In this document: in pieces, positions 12,770-24,083 of the stretch
Layout: each line of letters starts with the position of its first letter
Position numbering within the stretch: position 1 is the stretch's first letter
From: Octopus bimaculoides
Lineage: Eukaryota
Reading direction: 5' to 3'
DNA length: 64,000 nucleotides
NCBI RefSeq assembly: GCF_001194135.2
Contig: NC_068995.1
Span: 15,346,916 to 15,410,915 of the forward strand
Notes under the pieces: generated by a model
What the model was told of the DNA's origin: nothing
The model's database searches: none
Seen by the model: the letters and a program-made list of their open reading frames with translations, nothing else
Made by a program: the position numbers and the translations under genes

Positions 12770-13135
12770 TGTTTCAGTAATTAGACTGCGGCCATGCTGG
12801 GGCACCGCCTTGAAGAAGTTTTGTCGAACGAATTCACCCCAGTATTTATATTTCTAAAGCCTGGTGCTCATTCTATCGGGCTCCTTTTGCCGAACTGCTG
12901 CGTTACGGGGAAGTAAACAAACCGAGTCAAGCAGAGCTAGGGGACAAACACAGACACAAACAATCACAGTTATATAAATATATACAACAGGCCTCTTTCA
13001 GTTTCCGTTTATCGTATCCACTCACTAGACTTCGGTCAGCCCGGGGGCTATAGTTGAAAAGACTTGCCCAAGGTGCCACGCTGTGAGACTGAACCCGTGA
13101 TCCAAGTGGCTGGGAAGCAAAATTACTACACAGTC
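12770..13135 (-). mobile_element. Family-O SINE
   Basis: Reverse complement of family-O body and tail (gcggccatgctggggcaccgcc...cttgcccaaggtgccacgc...gaacccg). Confidence 0.8.
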
Positions 13136-13363
13136 ACGTATATACATTTGTTTGTATAGCTATTGTATTCTTGGTACATATTAATGAAGTTCTATCGTTG
13201 GAGTCATCTAAATTAATTGGAAGCAACAACTTTTGAGAGAGGCAACGTTCTTGGACAAGCCGAAGTTTATCAGCATGTTTTTTTCTTAATGAAATTTATT
13301 GTAATTTATTCAAAATATAAAGAATTCGTATGATTTATCTCTCTCACTTTATATGCATGTATA

Positions 13364-13421
<58 letters not shown>

Positions 13422-13438
13422 TATATGTAGACATATAC

Positions 13439-13476
<38 letters not shown>

Positions 13477-13692
13477 AGATTTGTGTATATATACAAATAT
13501 ATATATATNNNNNNNNNNNNNNNNNNNNNNNNNNNNNNNNNNNNNNNNNNNNNNNNNNNNNNNNNNNNNNNNNNNNNNNNNNNNNNNNNNNNNNNNNNNN
13601 NNNNNNNNNNNNNNNNNNNNNNNNNNNNNNNNNNNNNNNNNNNNNNNNNNNNNNNNNNNNNNNNNNNNNNNNNNNNNNNNNNNNNNNNNNNN

Positions 13693-13720
<28 letters not shown>

Positions 13721-13724
<4 letters not shown>

Positions 13725-14021
13725 ATCAATGAGAGAGACGGAAGATGGAAGATACGAGAATGATTATTAAACACTTCCATTGTTTCGATCTATCTAACAT
13801 CGATCCCTCACGGATGGGATACTTAGCTAGTTTAGGAGTATCCGACGACGTAGATGTGTTTCTTCAGGTGATTACAAGATGTATCCCGTTTAAATAACGA
13901 CTGTTCCGCAAGATATATTCCTGGTTTGTATATATATAAAAACAGCAAATTAAAAGATACAATTGTAGTGGTTAATAAACATTCTCGCATCTTCCATCTT
14001 CCTCCTCTCTCATTAATCAAA
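13721..14021 (-). mobile_element. Penelope-like element end (pseudo-LTR) with ~45-bp inverted repeat and hammerhead motif
   Basis: 13721-13765 is the inverted complement of 13977-14021. Carries a hammerhead core at 13772-13872. Same family as 56225-56380; abuts (TA)n. Confidence 0.55.
13772..13872 (-). ncRNA. Type I hammerhead-like motif with long loop 2, damaged stem III
   Basis: Minus strand: atcac CUGAAGA aacacatcta [~55 nt] tagatagatc GAA ACAAUGG a agtgt. Core intact; stems partly mutated relative to the 56.3-kb copy. Confidence 0.55.
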
Positions 14022-14276
14022 TACCTATCGAACACTGTGAAAATGAATGTGCTTTACCGGTAAGCTACTAGGTATAAACCATACGATTTATCTTATATAT
14101 ATGTAAATACACACACACACATGTAAACATACATATATACATACATGCATACACACACCTATATATAATTATATATATACATAAACATGTATATATATAT
14201 ATATATATATACATATATATATACATACATATAAATATACATATATATATACACACACACATAAATATATATATAT

Positions 14277-14341
<65 letters not shown>

Positions 14342-14385
14342 NNNNNNNNNNNNNNNNNNNNNNNNNNNNNNNNNNNNNNNNNNNN

Positions 14386-14417
<32 letters not shown>

Positions 14418-16547
14418 GACGTACGCGACATTTCAAACTAAAAGATGGACGTAAAGCAAAATGAGATAACAGGAAATTTTCTTTGTTAACAAATCAATCA
14501 AAAAGTAAAATATTAAAATGTATTTTTAATGTCTTGCTTTATTATTTCTACTCTGTTTATTTCTTGGTATTTTGCTTTTTTCTGTTTTGGTTTTCAAATA
14601 TTGTACTTACTTCATTTCGACCCTCTGTATACATACTTACGTACATACATATGTAAGTATGTATGTATGTATGTATGTATGTATGTATGTATGTATGTAT
14701 GTATGTATGTATGTATGTATCAATGAATGTGTATATTAATGAGTGTATGTATGTATGTATGAATGTATGTATGTATCTGTCTATGTAGATACATACATAC
14801 ATACATACATACAAGCCATACATATATGCATGAATGCATACATACATACATACGTATATATATATATATATACATANNNNNNNNNNNNNNNNNNNNNNNN
14901 NNNNNNNNNNNNNNNNNNNNNNNNNNNNNNNNNNNNNNNNNNGCTATTGAGTTAAAAATTAACAATAACCTTTTGTTTCTCTTTGTTTAGTATGATATTT
15001 TCGTCGTAAATTTGGATAACACACACACGATCGCGCGCGCGCACACATACATATATACAAGACACACAGACACATGCATATACACACTTATATATCTACA
15101 TTAATTCAGTCATGTATACATACGTACTGTCATACACGCATATATACATAAACACACACGTGTATTGTATAACTACGTGATACACACACACACATATATA
15201 CTACAATATTTATACATGATATCTCATGTGTGTGTATATACATACACATACATATACACATATATACGTACGTAAACATATATGCACATACATATATATG
15301 TGTGTATATGTATGCATATATACGTGTACGTGCGTAGTTGTGAGTGTGCATCTATGTATATATACATTTATATATATAGGTATGTCTGTATACACACACA
15401 CACTCTCACGCATACACACATATATGCATATTTGTGTATATCTGTGTGTGAGTTTGTGTATGCCACAAACAATGTGTTTAATTAACATATATATTCAGAT
15501 TTAGTCTCTCTGTAAAAATAGATCCCGTGGATAAAAACTATAAGGCTTTCGCCATCTTGAAATTATGATCAAACCGATTAGTCTCGTCTTTCATTAAATA
15601 CACATAAGGGATCAATTATATTTGTCTTTCAAGTTGCTGACATTAAAAAAGCTTAGTGCTAACTTAGAAAAATATAAACAGTATTAATGACAATCATAAC
15701 AGAAATACACAATAATACAATGTTCGCAGTCAGGCAGGAATAACAACAAAAGTAATTCAGTAAGGGCTATGAATAAACTTGGTTATAGAATCCATTTGTG
15801 CTACTAAGCTTTTGTTATCTCTAAATCAGAGAGCCAGTGCTAGTGACTTCTCTAGTATGCGTGGAAATGAATGAGAAAGGTATTTTCAAACAAGAAGTAT
15901 TTCACGAATGCAAACAACCATCCTGGACTCTGTACAAAATTGCACTCAGTGTCTTAGTGCTGGTGTTAAACTGGGTGTGAGGGATTACATCTATGTCTAC
16001 ATCAACGCCATTTGTAGGTTGGAACTCAAAACGTAAGGATTCGGAAAATAAAATCTTGCGATTCCTCTAGCCCATTGCTCCCTAGACTTGGACATTTTTT
16101 TTTTATCAGCCTCAGAAGGATGAAAGGCAAAGTTGACCTCGGTGGGATTTGAACTCAGAGTGTTAGGATCCGGAATAAAAAAAGCAACAAAGAATTTTGT
16201 CCGAAGCTGTAACGAGTTCTCTAACAACTGGTCCCTAGAAGCAAAGTTTGTTTTTATCGGTCCCAGAAGGATGCAAAGCAAAGTTGAGATCGGTGAGATT
16301 TGAGCTGGAACCGCAAGAAACCGGAATGAATATATACTTTAAAGCAGTATAGTTCGTCTTAACAACGTATCCACTTTTAAGTGGGGATAAATGAAACCTA
16401 TTAGTATTAATACTACCCATATCGATAATAAATATATCTTTTAATAAGCTAACTCGCCAATCGCGACATAAGCGCCTATTCTGGCTCTGTTATTCTCTAT
16501 ATCGCTGGCGGGGAGATGAATCGCTGCTACCACAAGCGGTCGAGCGT

Positions 16548-16594
16548 CCATCATTGACAATACCAAAGAAGGTCGAAATCATGTGATTTGGTGG
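16548..16594 (+). ncRNA. Type I hammerhead ribozyme fold, U3-A8 variant core (copy 1)
   Basis: Stem I ccatca/tggtgg; core UUGACAA; stem II (u)acc-aaagaa-ggu(c); GAA; stem III auc-augu-gau; H17=U at 16588. G10.1 mutated to U. Confidence 0.7.
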
Positions 16595-17027
16595 TTTCTG
16601 CGTTAGAGGTAGCGGTGATTTATCTCCCCTGTTAGCGATACAAACAAGAATGCATTTTGAACCAAAAGCCGATATGAGAGTTTCTTACATGGTAACAATC
16701 GCAGTTTAGTTTGTTCTAACAAATTGTCCACATTTAAGTGGACATAAATATTACCTATCGTTAGCGATACAAACAAGAATGCATTTTGAACCAAAAGCCG
16801 ATATGAGAGTTTCTTACATGGTAACAATCGCAGTTTAGTTTGTTCTAACAAATTTTCTACATTTAAGTGGACATAAATATTACCTATCGTCATTAATACT
16901 TTGTCGCTAATAAATATTTTTTAACAAGTTCACTCGCCAATTGCGACACCAGCACATGTTCTGGCACTGTTATTCTATATATCGCTACCGGGGAGATGAA
17001 TCGCTGCAATCCCCAGCAGTCGAGTGT

Positions 17028-17074
17028 CTATCATTGACAAGACCAAAGACGGTCGAAATCGCATGACCTGGTCG
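17028..17074 (+). ncRNA. Type I hammerhead ribozyme fold, U3-A8 variant core (copy 2)
   Basis: Stem I ctatca/tggtcg; core UUGACAA; perfect stem II gacc-aaagac-gguc; GAA; stem III auc-gcau-gac; H17=C at 17068. U16.1 mutated to C. Confidence 0.7.
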
Positions 17075-17203
17075 TCTCTGCGCTGGAGATAGCGGGGATT
17101 TATCTCCCCGCTAGTGATATAAGCAAGAATGCATTTTTCACCAAAAGCCGATATGAAAGTTTCTCCCAAGGTAACTACCGCAGTATAGCTTATTCTAAAA
17201 AAA

Positions 17204-17435
17204 GGCGGTGAGCTGGCAGAAACGTTAGCACGCCGGGCGAAATGCTTAGCGGTATTTCGTCTGCCGTTACATTCTGAGTTCAAATTCTGCCGAGGTCGAC
17301 TTTGCCTTTCATCCTTTCGGGGTCGATAAATTAAGTACCAGTTACGCACTGCGGTCGATGTAATCGACTTAATCCATTTGTCTGTCCTTCTTTGTCCCCT
17401 CTATGTTTAGCCCCTTGTGGGCAATAAAGAAATAA
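17204..17435 (+). mobile_element. Full-length young family-M tRNA-SINE with 18-bp TSD
   Basis: TSD tagctt(a/g)ttctaaaaaaa at 17186-17203 and 17436-17453. A-box-like gagctggcagaaacg, B-box gagttcaaattc, tail aataaagaaataa. The central domain resembles my recollection of the MetaSINE domain. Confidence 0.9.
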
Positions 17436-17865
17436 TAGCTTGTTCTAAAAAAATCATCTACGTTTAAGTGTGGATAAATATTACCTTTAGGTGTTAATAC
17501 TGCCTCTGTCGCTAATAGATATTTTTAAAGGAGAACACCATACCTCATCATCTAGAGTGTGTTATATTCTTTTAAACAGTTACTTGTTTACATTTTGTAT
17601 TCAATTTCGGTTCACATGCATGGAAACTAGCCACAAGCAACATAATTATAGAGAACATGCTTATTAACTATATCGATGTCACTTTCCTGTACGTGCTTAT
17701 TCATAACACAGCTGCGTTGGTAGTTGTTGTTAGTAATAATGTCATTGTCAGGTTGTTAACCTTTTACAGTGCAGTAGATATTGTTATGTGTAACGTTAAA
17801 TATCTGCAGATAGACCTGTGCTTTAAGGCGTTCCAAGCATAACCGTACCTGCTTTTGTGTGTGCG

Positions 17866-17934
<69 letters not shown>

Positions 17935-19019
17935 ATTTACACACACATACATATATGTATGCATATGTATATTAGAGAGAGAAAGAAAGAAAGAAAGNNN
18001 NNNNNNNNNNNNNNNNNNNNNNNNNNNNNNNNNNNNNNNNNNNNNNNNNNNNNNNNNNNNNNNNNNNNNNNNNNNNNNNNNNNNNNNNNNNNNNNNNNNN
18101 NNNNNNNNNNNNNNNNNNNNNNNNNNNNNNNNNNNNNNNNNNNNNNNNNNNNNNNNNNNNNNNNNNNNNNNNNNNNNNNNNNNNNNNNNNNNNNNNNNNN
18201 NNNNNNNNNNNNNNNNNNNNNNNNNNNNNNNNNNNNNNNNNNNNNNNNNNNNNNNNNNNNNNNNNNNNNNNNNNNNNNNNNNNNNNNNNNNNNNNNNNNN
18301 NNNNNNNNNNNNNNNNNNNNNNNNNNNNNNNNNNNNNNNNNNNNNNNNNNNNNNNNNNNNNNNNNNNNNNNNNNNNNNNNNNNNNNNNNNNNNNNNNNNN
18401 NNNNNNNNNNNNNNNNNNNNNNNNNNNNNNNNNNNNNNNNNNNNNNNNNNNNNNNNNNNNNNNNNNNNNNNNNNNNNNNNNNNNNNNNNNNNNNNNNNNN
18501 NNNNNNNNNNNNNNNNNNNNNNNNNNNNNNNNNNNNNNNNNNNNNNNNNNNNNNNNNNNNNNNNNNNNNNNNNNNNNNNNNNNNNNNNNNNNNNNNNNNN
18601 NNNNNNNNNNNNNNNNNNNNNNNNNNNNNNNNNNNNNNNNNNNNNNNNNNNNNNNNNNNNNNNNNNNNNNNNNNNNNNNNNNNNNNNNNNNNNNNNNNNN
18701 NNNNNNNNNNNNNNNNNNNNNNNNNNNNNNNNNNNNNNNNNNNNNNNNNNNNNNNNNNNNNNNNNNNNNNNNNNNNNNNNNNNNNNNNNNNNNNNNNNNN
18801 NNNNNNNNNNNNNNNNNNNNNNNNNNNNNNNNNNNNNNNNNNNNNNNNNNNNNNNNNNNNNNNNNTATATATATATATATGGAGAGACAGAGAAAGAGTA
18901 TTGTCAGTATGAGAGTGTGGTTTTAAGTAGAACTATTTACAGTGTTCATATAATTGTATATTATCTTACCTAGATATTTTAACATTTACAGCTGCTCTAG
19001 CTTACTGTTATAATGAAGA

Positions 19020-19185
19020 AATTAAAGATGACATCGACCACGGCGCTGCAGCTGCTAATGATGATGAAGAAGAAAAAGAAAAAAAAGAAGAAAAAGAAGA
19101 AAATGATGATGTTGATGATGATGATGATGAAGAAAAAGAAGATATTGATGATGATAATGACGGTAATGGTTGTGATGATGATGAA

Positions 19186-19228
<43 letters not shown>

Positions 19229-19656
19229 TTGATCACGATGAAGATGATGATGAAGATGATGACGATGATGATGATGATGATGAAGATGATGATGATGATG
19301 ATGATGATGAGGAGGAGGAGGAGGAGGAGGATGGTGATGAAGATGATGGTCATGATGATGATGATGATGACAATGACGATGATGATGGTGATAAGAACGT
19401 TGACAGCGGGAATGATGGCAGTGGTGGTTAAAGATATATGGGGTAGATGTTTGTTGTTACTGTTGTTGTTGTTATTGTTGTTGTTTTTGTTGCTGGTACT
19501 AATGTTACCCCAGTGAATTATTGGATGATTGCAATGAAAGATAAGAAGTAATGAGAAAAAAAAGACGATACCAACGAATACTGACGTTGTTGTTGTTGTT
19601 GTTGTTGATGATGATGATGATAATGATGACTAATGATGACAGTAATGATGATGGTA

Positions 19657-19695
<39 letters not shown>

Positions 19696-19714
19696 GTAAT
19701 GATGATGATGATGA

Positions 19715-19746
<32 letters not shown>

Positions 19747-19820
19747 ATGATGATGATATTGTATTTCATGATCATGAAGACGACGACAACGACGACGACG
19801 ACGATGGCGATAATCTTCTC
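19020..19820. repeat. Compound (GAT)n/(GAA)n/(GTT)n microsatellite tract
   Basis: Directly visible; produces the poly-M/D/I ORFs. Confidence 0.9.
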
Positions 19821-20341
19821 AATGTTGATTCTGATGAGGTTGAGCATGATGGTGTCGGTGATAATGATTCGCTCATGTGGTACTGCGTTACTTGGATACA
19901 AGAAAAATATCCGAGATGGTCACGGCTGGAATGCTTTTGATCAGGGATGTCAATGAAGGCAATATCAAGAGTGGCATCAACAATACTACCCCTACCATAT
20001 ACGTATACAGGGAGCAAGTATCAGAATGATCTCCTCCTCCTCCTCCTCCTCCTCCTCCTCCTNNNNNNNNNNNNNNNNNNNNNNNNNNNNNNNNNNNNNN
20101 NNNNNNNNNNNNNNNNNNNNNNNNNNNNNNNNNNNNNNNNNNNNNNNNNNNNNNNNNNNNNNNNNNNNNNNNNNNNNNNNNNNNNNNNNNNNNNNNNNNN
20201 NNNNATACCTGAATCCTTTATATAATAACCAAAATGAAGTCGATTGACAAGTTTATTTTTTGAACCTGTGGAAGGTACACGAGATGTCGAAATATCGTTC
20301 ACTTGATGACAATGGCACTCTTCATTTTTTTGCTAATAATA

Positions 20342-20382
<41 letters not shown>

Positions 20383-20424
20383 AATAATAAAAATAATAAA
20401 AATGATAATAATAAATGGCATTCC

Positions 20425-20738
20425 TCTGATTACGACGACGAAGTTTTCAGACGATCCGGTCAACGGAACAGCCTACACGTGAAATTAACGTGCATGTGGC
20501 TGAGCACTCCACAGACACGTGAACCCTCAACGTAGTTCTAAGGGAGATTTAGCGTGATACAGAATGTGACAAGGCTGGCCCTTTGAAATACAGGTACAAC
20601 TCATTTTTGCCAGCTAAGTGGACTGGAGCAACGTGAATAAAGTGTCTTGCTCAAGGACACAACGTGTCACTGGGAATCGAACTCACGACCCTACGATAGT
20701 GAGTTGAATACCCCGAACCACGAAGCCATGCGCCTTGG
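20425..20738 (-). mobile_element. CORE-type tRNA-SINE with long tail (same tail family as 48308-48690)
   Basis: Minus strand: aaggcgcatggcttcgtggttcgggg...gagttcgattccc...ttgagcaagacactttattcacgttgctccagtccact; tail shared with 48520-48690. Confidence 0.75.
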
Positions 20739-20839
20739 TTCATTTCGCTAATAACGAATATATACACACACATAAAGGCGCACACAGACACACACAGACA
20801 CACACAGACGCATAGATATATATTAAGAGAAAGAGAGAG

Positions 20840-20870
<31 letters not shown>

Positions 20871-22507
20871 GAAAGAGAGAGAGAGAGAGAGAAAGAAGAG
20901 TAGGCCCCACTCGGTACATGGCTGATATTTTCTTTAGACCCTAAAAGGATGAAAGCCAAAAATCCACGTCAGCTGGATTTGAACACAAAGAGCCAGAACG
21001 CTCAAACGATTCTGCTAATCCACTGCCGTATATGTTTCTAGGACCACATCACCCAGTATGTTCTGCTTTTTTATTTTTTATTTTTAAGACGGCAGAGTGT
21101 GATTTGTGGGGNNNNNNNNNNNNNNNNNNNNNNNNNNNNNNNNNNNNNNNNNNNNNNNNNNNNNNNNNNNNNNNNNNNNNNNNNNNNNNNNNNNNNNNNN
21201 NNNNNNNNNNNNNNNNNNNNNNNNNNNNNNNNNNNNNNNNNNNNNNNNNNNNNNNNNNNNNNNNNNNNNNNNNNNNNNNNNNNNNNNNNNNNNNNNNNNN
21301 NNNNNNNNNNNNNNNNNNNNNNNNNNNNNNNNNNNNNNNNNNNNNNNNNNNNNNNNNNNNNNNNNNNNNNNNNNNNNNNNNNNNNNNNNNNNNNNNNNNN
21401 NNNNNNNNNNNNNNNNNNNNNNNNNNNNNNNNNNNNNNNNNNNNNNNNNNNNNNNNNNNNNNNNNNNNNNNNNNNNNNNNNNNNNNNNNNNNNNNNNNNN
21501 NNNNNNNNNNNNNNNNNNNNNNNNNNNNNNNNNNNNNNNNNNNNNNNNNNNNNNNNNNNNNNNNNNNNNNNNNNNNNNNNNNNNNNNNNNNNNNNNNNNN
21601 NNNNNNNNNNNNNNNNNNNNNNNNNNNNNNNNNNNNNNNNNNNNNNNNNNNNNNNNNNNNNNNNNNNNNNNNNNNNNNNNNNNNNNNNNNNNNNNNNNNN
21701 NNNNNNNNNNNNNNNNNNNNNNNNNNNNNNNNNNNNNNNNNNNNNNNNNNNNNNNNNNNNNNNNNNNNNNNNNNNNNNNNNNNNNNNNNNNNNNNNNNNN
21801 NNNNNNNNNNNNNNNNNNNNNNNNNNNNNNNNNNNNNNNNNNNNNNNNNNNNNNNNNNNNNNNNNNNNNNNNNNNNNNNNNNNNNNNNNNNNNNNNNNNN
21901 NNNNNNNNNNNNNNNNNNNNNNNNNNNNNNNNNNNNNNNNNNNNNNNNNNNNNNNNNNNNNNNNNNNNNNNNNNNNNNNNNNNNNNNNNNNNNNNNNNNN
22001 NNNNNNNNNNNNNNNNNNNNNNNNNNNNNNNNNNNNNNNNNNNNNNNNNNNNNNNNNNNNNTATATATATATATATATCAAGTATCACACTTTCTATATT
22101 TTACGTATGTAAAATGTATGTATGTATACATGTATGTATGTGTATACGTGTGTGTATATACATACATACATATACATATATATATATATAGATACATATA
22201 CGTATATAAATATATATATATTCATATACATATGTTTATGTATGTATACATGTACATGCACATATGTGTATATAGGTATGCGTATATAAATGTGTATACA
22301 TATACATATACATACATACATATACATATATATATATACGTACATGTATATAAATATATATATATGTGTGTGTGTTTGTATGTATACACGCATTAACATG
22401 AAAAGAAATAAGAGTTTCATATTTCTTTATGAGAGAATTTTAACAACGTCATGACGACGACCACCACCGTCACGACGACGACCACCACTAATAATAACAA
22501 TAATAAT

Positions 22508-22599
<92 letters not shown>

Positions 22600-22973
22600 T
22601 TCTTCACACTAGACTCGAAATCATTTTTGAATCCCCGAAACTTGATTGTTGACATGATTATATATTACTGGTATTAAATATTCTTTGTTTAATCCTTGCA
22701 CAATGGATGGACAACTGAACACGAGCGTTGTTAAAATGACAACAACAGCTGACCGGAAATTATCGAATCCGTAGAATACTGGATACAAAATGACTTCCAC
22801 TTTGCATCATCCTTCATGGAATATCTCTGGCAGTCTTCGCGACATTTTACACAGATATAATCATAGCTGGAATGAGGTAGTCCATGAATTTTGTGCAGGG
22901 GTGAGGTACAAATACTTAGAGAGGTGGAGATGCAGAGTATACATACATACATACATACATACATACATACATA

Positions 22974-23204
22974 CAGTAATGCCTCGCCATATCGCGGTTC
23001 GACTATCGCGGTTTATGATTCAACTTTACGTCGATTTCTCCGTTATGTTGTTTTGCATTTATAATAATATATATATATGTATATACAAATTATAAAAATA
23101 ATAATAAAAAATATACAGTACAGTACTGTTTCTACTGCGCAGATTTTCACCTATCGCGGGGGATTTTAGAACGTAACACACGCGATAATCGAGGGATTAC
23201 TCTG
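22974..23204. mobile_element. Tigger/pogo-like MITE
   Basis: Starts TA|cagtaatgcctcgccatatcgcg and ends cgcgataatcgagggattac(tc)tg: imperfect CAGT..CCCTCG-type TIRs, ~230 bp, non-coding. Confidence 0.7.
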
Positions 23205-23988
23205 TGTGTGTGTGTATGCATGTATGTATGTATNNNNNNNNNNNNNNNNNNNNNNNNNNNNNNNNNNNNNNNNNNNNNNNNNNNNNNNNNNNNNNNNNNN
23301 NNNNNNNNNNNNNNNNNNNNNNNNNNNNNNNNNNNNNNNNNNNNNNNNNNNNNNNNNNNNNNNNNNNNNNNNNNNNNNNNNNNNNNNNNNNNNNNNNNNN
23401 NNNNNNNNNNNNNNNNNNNNNNNNNNNNNNNNNNNNNNNNNNNNNNNNNNNNNNNNNNNNNNNNNNNNNNNNNNNNNNNNNNNNNNNNNNNNNNNNNNNN
23501 NNNNNNNNNNNNNNNNNNNNNNNNNNNNNNNNNNNNNNNNNNNNNNNNNNNNNNNNNNNNNNNNNNNNNNNNNNNNNNNNNNNNNNNNNNNNNNNNNNNN
23601 NNNNNNNNNNNNNNNNNNNNNNNNNNNNNNNNNNNNNNNNNNNNNNNNNNNNNNNNNNNNNNNNNNNNNNNNNNNNNNNNNNNNNNNNATCAATATATAT
23701 ATATATATATATCTATATATATATACATATATATATATATTAAAATTTGTTTAAATGTTCAAAATGTATGTATGATGCTGTATAATACGGACTGTTAATT
23801 TTTATGATGTTATGTGTGTGTGTATGCATGTATGTATGTATGTATGTATGTATGTATGTATGTATGTATTAGAATGAGAAGATGAAGAAGTAAAACATAT
23901 GGTATCACTTTAGAGTATATGATTTATAATTCAAACATAATTGCAGTGTTGTTAGAGTAAATAAGGGATTAAGAAATAATGGGTAAAG

Positions 23989-24083
23989 TCTGTTACAGCT
24001 GTTTCTAGAATAGCTGTGCATGTGGAACATATATTACTGAGCAAAGATTTCCATGTAAGCCAACTATTACATCTTCGGAGAGA
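23989..24083 (-). ncRNA. Penelope-type hammerhead-like motif with long loop 2 (second family)
   Basis: Minus strand: tctct C(C)GAAGA tgtaatagttg [44 nt] cagctattcta GAA ACAGCUGU A acaga. Palindromic stem III, GUA triplet, U4 mutated to C. Confidence 0.55.

Larger units (their letters stand above)
16368..17527 (+). repeat. Retrozyme-like tandem repeat: ~351-nt unit, ~2.2 units, two hammerheads, one 129-bp internal duplication, one SINE insertion
   Basis: 16441-16760 aligns with 16921-17200 plus 17454-17490 in a +480 register. 16631-16759 is duplicated at 16760-16888 (2 mismatches). 480-129=351. Confidence 0.85.

Noticed and set aside
19772-20017. Ser-rich minus-strand ORF as a terminal exon
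   Set aside because: The putative acceptor lies in a fragment of a dispersed repeat (gagatggtcacggctggaatgcttttga, also at ~25830-25860 on the minus strand), and the rest grades into (GAT/GAC)n.
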